The notes under the pieces are model-generated. The model had not been told where the DNA came from. It did no database searches and worked only from the letters and a program-made list of their open reading frames with translations. DNA of 64,000 nt from the human T2T-CHM13v2.0 reference genome, Homo sapiens, in NCBI RefSeq assembly GCF_009914755.1, contig NC_060934.1; one strand, given 5' to 3'. Made by a program: the position numbers and the translations under genes. Position 1 is the stretch's first letter, and the number at the start of each line of letters is the position of its first letter. Below are positions 26,520 through 41,181 of the stretch, piece after piece.

Positions 26520-26860
26520 CCCACAGGCCCACTAATTTTGTGCCACTGCCACAGTTTTGCACTTTTTCATTCATTATCTACTCAATAGTTTCAAATCTAC
26601 AGTTTCTGTCTTTAGTGAACGTAATTTAAATGAACACTTTATGTGATTATTCTAAATGGAAAACCAGCTTCCTTTGCTTTATATAGAAGGAAATGATAAT
26701 AAGTATATACGGAAAACAAAATAATGTCAGTAAGCGCTGCCTGGGCCTCTCTGGCTCTGAGAAGGGTCTGCTGTCTCCTTTTCTGTTTCCCTCACAAGCC
26801 CTGAAATCCCTCAGACACCATCAGTGGCACATAGCAAAATTCTGGCAAACCCTTGGAGAT
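26520..26860. mobile_element. Ancient hAT/Charlie-type remnant (MER113-like)
   Basis: 'aaatggaaaaccag...atagaagg...gaaaacaaaataatgt...ggctctga' resembles MER113 from memory. Weak match. Confidence 0.35.
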
Positions 26861-27330
26861 CTCTGTGGTCCATTTCAAAGCTACTATTTTCACTATTCTT
26901 CTGTTTCTTTCTCCCCTCTCCTCCCCAGATGCCTTAGCTACTTCCCCGTGATAATTACAACACACCCACAAATACAATCCTCTGGTCTAAAAGTACCTGC
27001 TTAAAAAGACTTTTTATTTTCCAGCGCCCGCCCACAGCAAGGCACCAGGGTTGTGTTTTGGGAGAGATAAGGGGCTCTGTTTCCAACATCCCTCCCCACA
27101 GGCCCTGACAGATACCACGGTGGTTCCTGATAGGAAATCCCCTCTGCCTCATGGAAAACCCAGAGAAGGAAGCCGAGTGGCCTGGGTAGACTAGGCAGCC
27201 TCCACCCGAAGCTACAGAAATAAAAACAGCCCATCTTCTCGGGGCCCCAGGCCCCGAAGCCCAGGGCCCTGATGGGCGGGAGATGAGTGCCCCACTCACA
27301 GGGACCTGTCCTGCGAAGACACAGGTGCAG

Positions 27331-27550
27331 CCACGGCTGTCCCCTGCCACTGTGTCTGCACCACACTCCACCAACCACAGCTGTCCCCTGCCACGGCATG
27401 TGCACAGCACTACCCCAACCACTGCTGTCTCCTGCCACGGCGCCTGCACCACACTCCACCAACCACAGCTGTCCCCTGCCATGGTGCCTGCACCACACTC
27501 CACCAACCACAGCTGTCCCCTGCCACGGCACCTGCACCACACTCCACCAG
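27331..27550. repeat. Minisatellite, 5 x 44 bp (CCACAGCTGTCCCCTGCCACGGCACCTGCACCACACTCCACCAA)
   Basis: Units start at 27331, 27375, 27419, 27463 and 27507. Confidence 0.95.
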
Positions 27551-28299
27551 GCCCAGAGTGGCCCTGACCCAGGACTGCGTGATAAAGCAGAGGAAGAAGT
27601 GTCCCTGTCTCCATTTTGCAAATGAGAAAACCATGTCCAAGAGGCTCTGCCCAACATGGAACCCAGGCACGTGTTTCCAATTCAAACACGCACAAAACAC
27701 TTTGACCCCCTCTCGTACCTGTCATTCCTTCTTTCCCTTCAGCTTCTTCAAAGATGATGCCAAGTTCAAGGTCATGACAACTCCCCGTGACGGAGCCTCT
27801 GCTTCTTTCCCCACGTGGGTCCACGTGAGGCTCTGCCCCACCAATGCCCGGTGCCTTCTAGAACTCAGTAGCTCAGCTGTCCACTGCCACTCATGAAGCT
27901 GATCTGAGCCCCTCAGTGGGAAGGGCAGAGTCAGTCTGGTGAAGGCCCTCCCGCCTCACAGGGCGGTCCTGAGGCTTCCCCTCCTGGCAGTGGTTGGGCT
28001 GCCCCCTCCTGCCTTCCCCTCCCTGGAGGGCCCCGAGGTCATCACCTCCCATCTCCACCCACCCTATCCAACCCTGGGGTGGCAGGTCGTGAGTGACAGC
28101 CCCAAGGACACCAAGGGATGAAGCTTCTCCTGTGCTGAGATCCTTCTCGGACTTTCTGAGAGGCCACGCAGAACAGGAGGCCCCATCTCCCGTTCTTACT
28201 CAGAAGCTGTCAGCAGGGCTGGGCTCAAGATGAACCCGTGGCCGGCCCCACTCCCCAGCTCTTGCTTCAGGGCCTCACGTTTCGCCCCCTGAGGCCTGG

Positions 28300-28386
28300 G
28301 GGCTCCATCCTCACGGCTGGAGGGGCTCTCAGAACATCTGGTGGGCTCCGTCCTCACGGCTGGAGGGGCTCTCAGAACATCTGGTG
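28300..28386. repeat. 43-bp tandem duplication
   Basis: GGGCTCC(A/G)TCCTCACGGCTGGAGGGGCTCTCAGAACATCTGGT occurs twice. Confidence 0.95.
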
Positions 28387-28629
28387 CACGGCTCCCAACT
28401 CTCTTCCGGCCAAGGATCCCGTGTTCCTCAAATGTCTTTCTACCAAACACAGTTGCTGTGTAACCACTCATTTCATTTTCCTAATTTGTGTTGATCCAGG
28501 ACACGGGAGGAGACCTGGGCAGCGGCGGACTCATTGCAGGTCGCTCTGCGGTGAGGACGCCACAGGCACCAGCGTGCTTCTCCTCAGGACATGCACTTGT
28601 AACAACATGTCTGGCCCTTTTTTACCCCT

Positions 28630-29722
28630 TTGTGTTGGTTTCCTACAACTATGTAGCAAGGTACCAAGACTGGGTGGCCTGAAACAGCAGAAATGTGTCG
28701 TTTCTCAGTTCTGGGGGCCAGAAGTCTGAGCCACAGGTGTGGGAATGTTAGGGGTGGCAAATATCCGAGTTACTGGCAAGTCGGCAAAAACCTCAATTCT
28801 TGCCTCCTCAGAAGAAAGGATTCAACAGAGGGGCATACGGCAGAAAAAGAGACCAAGGCAAATTTCAGAGCAGCGGTGGAAGTTTATTAAAAAGCTTTGG
28901 AGCAGGAAACAAAGGGAAGAACAACTGGAAGAGACCCAAGCGGACCCCTGGAAGGACGAGTGCAGCCTTTGACCTTTGGATTTGGGGCTGGAAACATTGG
29001 CATCCTTCCGGGGTCCCGTTCCTCTTCCCTCAGGGTGGGCCGCCTGCACACGCGGTGCCCTCCTCAGCCCCGGGAGGCCAACACCGAGCCCTGAGTTTAG
29101 GAAGTGGTGGGTGTCCCTCCCTGAGACTTTCTTCCCTTTTCCAGTGGAGTGCCCTCAAAGGCCGTACTCCTCCGTTTTGTCTCTTAATGCCCATCCCCGA
29201 GCCTACTCGCCCCATTTCTGAGACTTTGTTGGAAGCCGATTACACATCTCGAGACTTTTTATCTGTTTGGGGAATCACCTCTCCCTGGAGCCTGTGATCA
29301 ATGATTGTTTTTAGATAGGCGGTGGGATAACTGCTGAACTCTCACCCGATGATCCCCTGACATTCCTGGTGGGTGGCAGGGGAGCCCTCTGCTGCCCGGC
29401 TGGTGCCTGATTAACCACCTGCAACAGGCAGGGCCCTGAGGGAGAATCCCTCCACATCTCTCTGATCATCCAGGGCAGCCAGGACCCCTCCGTGCAGTCT
29501 CTGCCTCCGTCTTCACATGACCGCGGTCTCTGGGTCTCTGTGTTTGTGTCCCCTTCTCTTAGGACAACAGTCAGTGGATTTCCGGCCCACCCTAAATCCA
29601 GCTGATCTCCCCTCGAGATCCTTAATTACATCTGCAAAGACCCTATTTCTAAATAAGGGCCCATTCACATGACTGGGTGTTAGAGCCTGGACATACCCTT
29701 TTGGAGACCCCCTTCAACCCAC
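28630..29722 (-). mobile_element. MLT1 (B/C/D-like) LTR split by a MER50-like LTR
   Basis: MLT1 motifs at 28630-28745 ('tctcagttctgggggccagaagtc') and 29427-29722 ('taattacatctgcaaagaccctattt'). Confidence 0.8.
28746..29426 (-). mobile_element. ERV1 solo LTR (MER50-like)
   Basis: TGTT...AACA termini, 'cctcaattcttgcctcctcagaagaaag...gtttattaaaaagc', and an imperfect 4-bp TSD GGAA/GGCA. Confidence 0.75.
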
Positions 29723-30177
29723 GGCCCCCTCACCAGTGAACGGTAAGTTCTGCATGGACAGAGACCATTTCTGTCCTGTTCATATCACATCATCAGAGCC
29801 TTCGCAACAGTTATCCAAACACATTTACTGAATGAATGTGTACATTTAACTCAAAATACTGAAGTTTGACCTTTTTCTCCTCTGTAGTTTAAGAGAAATT
29901 TCCACTCTACTTTCTAAAATACAGTAGATGACTATTTCTCTGGGAATCTAAGTATCAGAAGCATAAAAATAACAAAGTGGCTTTTAAAGGGACTCGAAAT
30001 GAGACCCACCATGATATTCATGCCAACATCACAAATGACAGCAACATATCCTCAACTTTTGCTTATTTCTTCCCAAACATTTTATCCTAAATTGTGTATC
30101 ATACTAATTTTTCCAAATACATTGTTGGTTTATTTTCAGTCACTGGGATTGTTTGCATTTGGACATCAAATTTGGAC

Positions 30178-30803
<626 letters not shown>

Positions 30804-31514
30804 TTATTTGGAATGCATCAGGTCCTAAATGCTCCAGGCAAAAAGTACCTGTGTTGAAATCTGCTGGTGACCCCTTTTCACATTCCAACCCTCCATCCAA
30901 CGGTCCCCTCTGACCTCACTCCCTTCTGTTGTCTTCCTGTCCAGACCAAACTGGGCCCTTAGCACAATCAATCAGGCCACAGGAAAGGTCTTGAAGGAAC
31001 GAGGGTGGGATGCACATGGTGCTAGGCTGAGCGGAGAAGGGGTGGACACTGAGAAAGAAATGTCAAAATTACACAACTGCAGCCTCATGAAACACAATTG
31101 AAATGATTTTATACTGATGGAGGATTTTCAAAAAGTTCTCCTACACATTTAAAACTCTCAGAAAAGACGAAAACTCCAGTTCTAGGTGGCTTTTAGAGGC
31201 ATTCCGAATTTCTCAAAGTCAATGTGGATGTTCTAGTAGAACATCCAGTTCATCTAGAACAATCCAATTCTACCAGAGTTTACCTGTCATAAAATCTGAA
31301 ATAAGTATTTCATCTATAAAATAAGAATATTTTAGCATTGTCCTAAGGATTAAATGAGATCATGTATGTGAGGGAGGAATAGAAACTGTAAAGCTCTGTA
31401 GTTATGGAAAACTCGAAAACAAATTATTTTTCATGTCATTTACGGATTTTGAAAACCATACCCCATACCCCTCTACTGCTTAAATATTTTTTACTGATTG
31501 ATGAATAATATAAA

Positions 31515-31740
31515 TAGCGGTGGACTGGTACATGGTTAACAACCAGCTTTCCAAGGGAAAAAGGACCTGATTTGTAGCATTTGCCAATTGCTGTGGTGTA
31601 AATACTACCACCAGGGCCAGTTTCAAGTTGCCAACGTGATACAGCTGATTCATTGTATTTCATGCAGCTGTATCCCTGCAGCAGTGAAGAGCTCACAAAG
31701 TCAGTCTCATGAGTCAGGAGCTGGCTCTGGCTCATCGTGG
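31515..31740 (+). mobile_element. MER63A-like hAT DNA transposon
   Basis: 'ttaacaaccagc...ctgatttgtagcatttgccaatt...gtggtgtaaatact...tttcaag...ccaacgtga'. Confidence 0.7.
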
Positions 31741-34700
31741 ATATAAATGATGCACCTATGTTATTCATCATCTGTTTTTCTTCTTTTGTAAAAACAGGTA
31801 TGTGCTTGTTGAAGCAAAATTAGAAAACATATAAAAACAAAAAAATGTTCATAATTCCACATCCTGCAAATATCTCTTTTTTATCTTTTGGTGAATAGTG
31901 TTTTACTGTCTTATGCACACCTCCACGTTCATATACTGTAGCAAAAATACAATAGTAGGATACACATTGTTCTAGAAGCAAACAAAAATGTATGAAGACA
32001 TTTATATGTTTATGAAGACCTTTAAATATTTATATAGAAACAAAATGTCATTGCAACCTAACATCATCCATTAAAAATAAAAGGAAAGGAAAACGGCAGG
32101 GAAAAGTGCAGTAATAACAAATGGTGACATGCTTGGTCTTAAGCATCATAGCAAACTCATTATTTCCAATGAAACAAGGATTTTTAGACCCATCTTTGGA
32201 AATGATTCCCAAATTAGAGAACCATCAGGTCTCAAAAAAGGAAGGGTCATCAAAGTCCATCCAGCCCAGCCACCCTGAGGTGCCTGTATCTCCTCAACAA
32301 GCTCCCTCCCAAATGTTTCCCTAAGGTCTGAGGAGCACCTGCAGCCTCCATCCCCCAAGGTGACATCCCTCCCTGGGCAGCTCTGCAATCTAGGCTCACT
32401 GTCTCTGTGCTGAGCTGCAGTCCAGCACAGCAGCTCCCGCCTTCATCCCCGACTTAGCCCAGGGCCATGGTTCCTAGCAGGTCCCCCCCTCTTTTCAGCA
32501 CCCAGCGTGTGGTCTTCTCGGCGGCAGCTGAGCACACTCCTTCTGTCCACCATTCCCGACACATGGGTCTTCCTGGTCCTTCCTCTCGGAACCGGTTCCA
32601 GGTTAGAAGTGAGGTGCCTAGAAATGAAACAGCTGGTCCTCTCTGTGTTTTCCATCCATCCTGCAAAATCGACTCCTTGCTGCTGGGATGACAAGATGAA
32701 GTCCAAGCTCACGTCCTGGTGGGGTGGGAAGCGTGGGTGGATGGAAAAAAAGGCAAAAATGCCTAACTGTGATGGATGCTCTGCAGAGCTAAGAGGGGTC
32801 TCGTAGTAAAGGGGGACAGGCTGATAGCTTTTATTAGAGATCGAGTCAGCGTCTCTGAGGGATGACGTTTATGCTGCGAACTCGGTGACAAGACGGAGCC
32901 AGGCAGAAAGTCCAGCTCAAGCTGCATCCCCGAGGCAGCAGCAGACCACCTGCCCACTCCTTCTGCCTGCCCACTGCTTCCTCATGCCCCACCTTCTGCA
33001 GCTTTTAGTCCCAGGCCGCCTGGCAGACTTCTCTGCAGATCTCAGGCTTCTCCCAAACAGGCCAACCCCAGAAGGGTGTCTGCCCCTGGACAACCATGCC
33101 AGGAAGGAGGCACATTGGGCTGTTGAGATAACTCTAAAGGCAGAACTTTCAGAATTGAACATCAGTGACACTGAGAAACGAGGATCAGGAGGCCCTGTGA
33201 GCAGTCCAGCCCCTCCCCACAGGCATCCTCTCCAAGGCACCAGTCCACTTGCTTCCCAGCAGAAACATCCCAGGTCCAAAGGCAGGCAGAGAGCCGGCCT
33301 GGGAAGGGGCTACTCTGTACCCCAAAGTCTCCAGGAAGCCCCAAACTCACCCTGAGCCTGCAACACCCAATTATCCAAATGGTCTTCAAAGCCTCAGATG
33401 CTTTACAACCCAGTCCAGCAGCCTCTGACCCTCAATAGTATCAGCCCCAAATCCTGTGTGCTCAGAGCCTCCCAAGGCTTCCAGTCCAGCACCCTCCCCG
33501 ACCTCGGCCACAGCTGTCACTTGTGCCCATGGAGCGCTAGGGCCCGGCACTGTGCCTGCAGATCACTGGGCTCCGTGTGTTTTGCTGCGGGAAGAAAGGG
33601 AAGGAGGGAGAGGAGGGAGGGAGAGGGTAGCTGGGGCAGGGAGACTGAAGGAAGAAGGGCATTAGCAGCTGTCACTCCTGGAGCGCTGGCCTCTCTGGAA
33701 CGGGGTGCTCTCTGTCTGCATACTGGGGGCAGCGTCTTTCCTCTTCCTCTTCTCCTCTTCACAATGTCTGACAGTCCACACATCCAAGAGGGAAGGAGAG
33801 GGTTTCCAAGATACCTCAGACTCTGTGTGGATTCAGATTCTGCCTTGAAGCTGGTGGAGCTGGAGATTAGGAAGGGCCCAGGCCTGCAGGCGGAGGAGAG
33901 GCAGCTGTCCCTGCTGACTCCCCTCTCCCTGACCCTCCCCTCCTGGTCAGCACCTTCCTGGCTTGAGAGGAGTCCAGGACTTTCCTTTTCTCCAAATTCT
34001 GGAGACAGGCAGGCCCCAGGGTTAGAAGCAGCACCTTCTACCCTGTTCCGATCACAGCCTGAGTCTTGGACAAGGGCTCCTCCGGCTCTCAGTGGCTCCA
34101 GGATTCTGAGAACTCTGACATGCTTCCACCATCTGACAGGCAAGAGGCCAGATGGGCCTGGTTGGCCCACCCTCCCGATGGTACCAGCAGTAACTCTGAC
34201 CCGGCAGGGTGTGGACACGGCTCAGCCTGGTGGGGCTGGAGTCTCTCCCGTCCCCTGCTCACTCCCCTCCCACCTCGTCCAGAACTGCTCAAGGCCCCGG
34301 GGTTACTAAGTCAGGCCCTGTCCCTCCAACGCCTTCCTCTCTGCTTCCCCTCCCCACGTCCCTTCCTTTCTCTGCTGACTGCCTCCACCTTCCCTCCTGT
34401 CCTAATCAGCTCAGGCTTAGGTGGCCGAATCTGCCTCCTACAGGGCCCATCTCCCTTGCCCTCCTTCATACCACACATCACTGCCAGCATAATCTTCCTA
34501 AAGCACAATTTGGCCGCACGTCCCCACAGGTTAAAAACCTTCCGTGAGTCTCCATCTGATCTTCTGGGGAAGAAATAGCACTAATCTTGGTGACATTATG
34601 CAAAACACTTCTGCGGCCCCACAGACGCTGTTCTTAGCACTTTCTCCACATCCCCCACCCCCCACCCTCCTCACAACCACGTTGAGGCGGGTCTCACTGT

Positions 34701-35263
34701 TACCCCCAGCTACAGTTGAGGAGACTGAGGCAGAGAGAGCCACTGACTTGCCCAAGGCCATATCACCAGGCTTCACTGGGACTTGAAAAGGATCCAGACT
34801 CCTTCAGCAAACCATCAGGCTGTCTGCGACGGCATTCGGACCTCTCCCTTACCTCCCAGGCAGCGCGGGCTCCCCAAAAGACACTGACGCTCCCACTTCC
34901 AAACCGTCACTCATGCAGTTTCCTCACCAAGAACGCCCCACCCCTGTTGAAATCTGCCCCCGCCTCAGTGCCACTTCCTGGAAGTCTGTCCCCTTCTCTG
35001 AGCACCTCCTCGAATGGGAATCCACTGACGAGGGACCTGACCCACTGTCTTTGCATGGCCATTTATGTTACATCTCCTGGGCCCAGAGGCCGGCGCAGCG
35101 TCTCCCTCCAAGTCCCTGCAGACTCACAGTAAGGAGAAGCACCCAAGGAAACACTTGTAGAATAGTGAGTGAGTGAATGAAAGTCACCAACACCTCCTCC
35201 ATGAAGCCACGACCACAAGGCTCCCGGTGCAGGAAAATACTGTTCATCAAAAGCACTGAGATT

Positions 35264-35574
35264 TGTTTTTGTTTGTTTTGTTTTTGTTTTTGTTTGAGAC
35301 GGAGTCTTGCTCTGCCGCCCAGGCTGGAGTACAGTGGTGCGATCTCGGCTCACTGCAAGCTCCGCCTCCCAGGTTTAAGCAATTCAACTGCCTCAGCCTC
35401 CTGAGTCGTTTGGATTATAGGTGCCTGCCACCACGCCTTAATTTTTGTATTTTTAGTGAAGATGGGGTTTCACCATGTTGGCCAGGTTAGTCTCGAACTC
35501 CTGGCCTCAAGTGATCCACCTACCTCGGGTTTCCAAAGTGCTGGGATTCCAGTTGTGAGTCACCGTGCCCGGTC
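35264..35574 (-). mobile_element. Alu (AluS)
   Basis: (TTTG)n tail, full body, TSD about CAAAA(G)CACTGAGATTT. Confidence 0.93.
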
Positions 35575-38500
35575 CAAAACACTGAGATTTGACTTCTTCC
35601 TAGGCCAAAGGTCATCTGGGCAGCAAGGCAGGAGCTCCCGGATCAGGAAAGTGCAGGCACACCATGTCTCTGAGTGGTGGAGTGGGGACAGAGGCTGGCA
35701 GGCCACCAACAGGGCAGCATCTGCTCCCAACCAAGGTGACTCAGACCTCGCCTTGTCCAACCTGCAGGCCTCCCAACAGTGGGGCTCTATAAGGCTGGCG
35801 TTCGCCTCCAGGGTTCTCCCCGACACTGGATGCCAACCTGCCCAGGGGCAGAAGGGAGGTTGGGCGTGGGGAGTGCCGGGTACAGTCAGAGTTGCCAGGA
35901 CAGTTTGGAGCAGTGCCTCTTAATCTTGGCCGCACAGCACCTGGGAGCTTTAAATAGACCCCCACGCCTGGGCGCCCCCACCGCTGACCCACCAGGGCTC
36001 AGTGCAGGGGGATGGCTCACACGGCACATTCTCCAGAAGCTCCTGGGGTAGCTTCCAGGTACAGCCGGGGTTGGGAATCGCTGGCTTATGCAACCCAGCA
36101 GAGAGGCGGGAAAGGCAGAGCTGAGATCGGGTGGGGCCACCTGTGGTGGGGAAAGAGATGAGCTCACACCTGGAGATGGTAAACAGTGCAAAAGCAAGAA
36201 GAAGCTTACAGAAGGAGTCGTTGGGCCTTTGCCCCAGCTGCAGCCACGTGAGAGGGAAGCCAGGGGAGGAGCAAGGTGCAGGCATCTGTGGGCTGGGCAG
36301 GGCCTGACTGCACTGGGCCCAGGCTGGGAAGGCCTCACCTGCTTCTCCAGCGGGAACGGAGGGCGACCTGCGCAGCCTAGGCACTGCGGCCGTGGTTCAC
36401 ATGCAAAAACTAAAAGCTGGACTCATTTCCAGAGAAACTGAGATAGAATACTCTACCTAAATTGTTTCTGGAACACATGATCACCATACCTGTTGGGAAT
36501 CTGTTCTTGATGAGTTTTGTTGTTGTTGTTTTTATAAAAGGGGGACCCACTGTGGAGAGAGAAACAATGGCTTGAACTCTTAAAAGCTGGTCTTAGAGGT
36601 CTGGAGTCCACATCTTTGACTACCTGGCAGGGTGACATGCCTTTGATTCTCCCTATGTTTGGACCAAGAGGGGATGAGTTGGGATTTTGTGATCATACGA
36701 GGACTATTTTCATGGTTCTTGGACAACAAAAAGAGAGAACAAGACAGGAGTCCTCTCTCTGCAGTTGCATTTCTGACTCTTCCTCTTGTTGCAGAGTACA
36801 ACTCTGTGAAGATTTCCTTTAATCCCATCAGCACTACGGAAGCCATCTCCCCCATGCTGGAGATGAGGCCTCCCGGGCAAAGGAGCCTGCCAGGTCGTGC
36901 CATCACAGTGCATGTGGAGGGTTTCATGCAGAATCCAACACACTTGAGGAGCCTGTCATCTAGTTTAAGCATTGATGGGCTTTATTTCACTATTCAGGGT
37001 TCTGAGGATGGAGAATAGGCCTTGTCCACTAGGAATGACGTAAGAGGTGCACTCTGGAAGGAACTGTACAAATAGGGAGAGATCACCTTCAGCCATTTGC
37101 TTGGAAAAGAGGTGCAGAGGAACCCCCTCTGCGCCAGGCCCGGCTGTGGAAAGCTTCCAAAAGCAGGAGGCATTTGATGTGGAACTTAACAGAAGGATTG
37201 GGTCACCAGGCCTACCAGGATGGATATAAACTAGGATTTAAAAGATCCAGGGGGCAATCCAATGAAGAAAATGTATTATTTCGTATATGAAATTTGAAAC
37301 ATGTATTTGGATCAGAAGTAGAGTAATTCAATCTACCGACAAATCAATCTACTGAAGAACCTCTTGGAAGATTTGGGGGAAGTTTTGCTTTACTTGAAAT
37401 TAGTTTTGGTTTCCCCAATGCTGTCCCACCCAAGTCAACTCCAGTAGCTTCATGAGTGCAGTTCTCCCCTGCTGAATGTCAGTTTCATGTGTGATTCATA
37501 TTTCAGACTCCAAGCACTTACCAAATACTTAAACCACTTGCAAAATATCCATTTGATTGAGCCAGTGAATAAATCAGTGAATTGAAAGAAGTACTAAAGC
37601 AATAGATTTAAGTTGAAATTCTATTAGGGGAAAGAAACCTGCCAATCTCTAAAATCCTGGACGTTGAAGACGTGTCCAATGGCTGAATCTTGAAATGAAC
37701 CAGAAGCTCTCTTTCTCCAAAACCATTGAACCAAAATGCTAAAAATGAAACAACAAAACAAAAACAGACAACTTTAAACACTGTCAGGTTATGGTACAAT
37801 GGTTAGGTGAACTGACTGCCGCTAAAATAATTTACTAAAAGTAGAACTGAACAAAACTAAAAATTTAAACTCAGTAAATAAAACGTCAAAGAAATAGTCA
37901 ACAACTTAGAATAGCTCATCCAATATGAATTTCTGTGATCTTTATTAAGTATCCTTTAAAAAAAACTTTTTAGTAAGTTGGGAAATACCAGCACGTTTAC
38001 CATTTGCAGAACTAAGCTTCTGGCAAGTCAATTTTCAGAGAAGCAGCTTTCAAAGAACTGGGTTTTCCTAAGTGACCTGAAGCTGCGCCAGCTGCTCGGA
38101 TGCTTCCTGGGCTCTGTCTACTCTCTTTGGTGTTCTGAGCTGAGACCGGGCACCCTTGTGGACCCAGACGTGGAGCATAGCCTGGTCTCTGCCCTTGAGG
38201 GTCTTCAAGGCCATTCAGAGTCGGCAGAGAGGCCATGTCTGTGCATCTCTCGTAACTCACAGTCACCAGCTTCCGGAAGACATTCCACTATGTGGGTCCC
38301 AACCAACCCCACCACCAGACCCCCACCTCAAAACCAGTCCCTGGGCAGAGTATGCCCAGGAAGCACCCCTTGAAGGCAGTCCCCTGACCCCCTTCTGAGC
38401 CCTTGAATTCCACTCCAGGTCCTTCTTAGCACCTCGCTCTAAGACCTGAAGTGAGCCACTTCCTCTCCAGTCCCTCAAGTTCCCTTCTTCGTCTCTTGGG

Positions 38501-40756
38501 ACAGTAGATTCAGAGAATCTGCTGCTTTCTTATTGCTTTGTGGCCCCATCAAAGCCCTTCTTAAGAATGGGCTCAACAACAATGAACAACTGGCTTAGAA
38601 CACCCTGTCTCTGTTATTCTGTCTGCCCCAGACAGGTCTTCTGCCTCCCTAGGCTGTCTGAGTGGCTTCACTTCTCTCCTTCCTTAATGCTTCTCTGATT
38701 GCCCATTCCCCAGACCTCCAAATCAGCACAGAGCTTCCTGCCACAGCCCTCTTTGTAGGGGGCTCACCCCTGCCCCCCTCCCTGGGTCCAACTGCCAAGG
38801 CCACAGCCCTGGCATGGGCACCCAGACTCCCTGATGCCAAGTCGGCCACAAGCCTGGAGCAGGCCTTGGCTCTGGGATTCCAGACTGTATTCCCATGACA
38901 TGATGGATGTTCTGAGAGGGACAGAATCGCCGAACTCAGGCCGGGGATCCTGTCTCTCCTTCACTGTTCTTCACTTAGACCCTCATACCCGGGGCAGTGT
39001 GTGTGGCTGGGGACTCATGAGTCACACCTGCTGTGAGCACTGAGCACCTGCTACGTGGCAGGGGCTGCACTGGGCCACGTGTGGACTCCACAGGCAAAGG
39101 CCACCTTGGGACATGCTCACAGCAGCACGCTCCAGAAGCCTGGGCTCTTCAGTGGGCTCTGAGTGCTTTCTAGTACCTTCCACAGGCAGTGTACCCAGTG
39201 CTAGCGTCACAGCACCCAGTAGCCCAGGTATTATTATTGATCTCATTTTCCAGGTAAGAAAACCGAGACTCAGAGAAGTCAAGGTATTTGCTCAAGGCCA
39301 CATGGACAGCGGATCTGGGATTTAATTCCTTCTCCATCTCATTCTGGAGGCTCCAGGGGTGACACAACCATTGAATGGAATATGATCAGCCACTAAAAGC
39401 AATGGCGTGGGTCTCCATTATTTTCACAAGGAAAGGTGTCCACAATACAGCATTAGATAGAGAATGGTTACAGAGTCATCTGCATGATGCCATTTCTGGG
39501 AAGGAAAAGTATGTAGAAATAGAAGTATGTGAGTGGATAGAAAAGGAAAAAAAAAAAAGGCAGGGTATGTTCCAAAATATTTACACATGGTCTTTGCTTA
39601 GAAAATTGTTTCCATTTTATCCTGCTGTCTATGCTTGTGTAGGTGAGCATTGGACTGACAATTCTGAAGTGCCTTCCTGATGACCAGTGTGACCTTTTCC
39701 TTCCCAAGAACTATGTTTCTCTTGCTCCTCGCCTCCCCACCTTACACAAGGCACAGCTGAGCCCAGACAGGGGAGGCAGCTGACCTAAAACCACCCAGCA
39801 GAGCACGTCCCAAGCTTCAGGCCTGGAGCCCAGGAGTCTTGACTCCACACTCACGGGGGCCTGGGGCCTGACCAGACCAGTGAGGCCTCTGACCCTTCAC
39901 TGCCTGAGAGAATGTGCCCCAGCCTGTGAGCAGCTGCCCCCGGGCCCTCCTTCAATACCAGTCCTAGGTAGAAAGGCTGATGGTGGCCCAGGAGGAGGGT
40001 CTGGGCTTGGCCTGGCCACTGCAGGAGACTCCAGGGTTCACCTTTCCCCTTTGCTCCCACCACCTGGAATCCCTGCTGCCTGAAGCACCCCCACTATGGC
40101 ATCCCTCTAAGCAAGACCAGAGCTCATCATTCTTTAGAAGCTGTTCTGGTGGGCTCGACCAAGAAGTCAAGGACCCCCTGACAAGGAAGCTTCAGCGCAA
40201 GCCAGCGGCTCTTGGTGTGTGTGTGGAGTGGGTGTGAGTGAGTGTCTCTTCCTCAGTGCACATGCCTGACTCCCGTCCACTCCATACCCTCCTGATATGG
40301 CCTGGGGAGGGACTGGCCGACAGATACTCCCCAGGCCTGACCCTCTCCTGTCCCCCTGTGCCTGCCCAAACTGTGCGCTGACATTGGTGCTGCCTCCATG
40401 CAGAGCCGGGAAGGATCAGACCCATGGCTGGGTCAGGGATCCTGCCCAAGAAGAGGGAGAGGCGGGGGTTGGCTGATTTGCAGGATTTGGTTCCATGGAG
40501 AGCTGGAGAAATGGATTCCAGGAAACCAGGAAGGCAGGGAGAGCAGACACCTGAGGTGGGAGAGAGGGTTCTGGGCAGCCAGAGCCCAGGGCGGGGGTGT
40601 GGAATGTCGGCACATCCCTGGAAGCTAAGCAGGAATGTGGTGGGAGACATACACCCATGGGTGCTTCCAAGAGGCACAGCGAATTCCTGCTGTCAGGCAG
40701 AATTCCCAGAAACAGCAGGTGAGTGGTCTCTACTCACCTTAGAAACGCCCACCGCA

Positions 40757-40866
40757 CAGGAGACTGGCGAAGCTCCCTCTTGAACTTTCTCCCTGCTCGA
40801 TGACCTCTCATCTTCAGGAGACTGGCGAAGCTCCCTCTCGAACTTTCTCCCTGCTTGACGACCTCC
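40757..40866. repeat. 58-bp-period tandem duplication
   Basis: CAGGAGACTGGCGAAGCTCCCTCT(T/C)GAACTTTCTCCCTGCT starts at 40757 and again at 40815. Confidence 0.93.
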
Positions 40867-41181
40867 CTCCTGCCCCCTCCTCTCATCTTCAGACTTCTTG
40901 TCTTTGCTAAGACTCCAGGGGAGTCCAGGGAGGCCAAGGGGGTCCCTCCTCCAGCAAACATTCACTGAGGGAGGAGTGGCCCTGTTTATTCAAAGCAAAT
41001 CATACGTTCTGTGTGCAGCAGCCTACACCCTGGAGGTACAGGAATTAGGAACTGCCCTGCAGGCCCTGAGGGGCTCCAGGCTGGGTCTGAAGGAGAAGAA
41101 AAATTGAGAAACTGCTGTTTACCTAGAGAAAGGTAAATATTGTCAGTGAGGAATGTGCAAACGGCCCAGGGTTAGAGGATG

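Noticed and set aside
26955-27824. 289-aa and 218-aa ORFs with internal peptide repeats
   Set aside because: They arise from the 44-bp VNTR, whose unit length is not a multiple of 3.
33398-34309. 303-aa ATG-initiated ORF with an overlapping 233-aa antisense ORF
   Set aside because: No recognisable domain, and the composition (S/L/P/G/R) is typical of chance GC-rich ORFs. Ribo-seq or PhyloCSF support would be needed.
37250-38070. AT-rich island resembling an ancient transposon remnant
   Set aside because: I could not assign a family or boundaries without a Dfam search.
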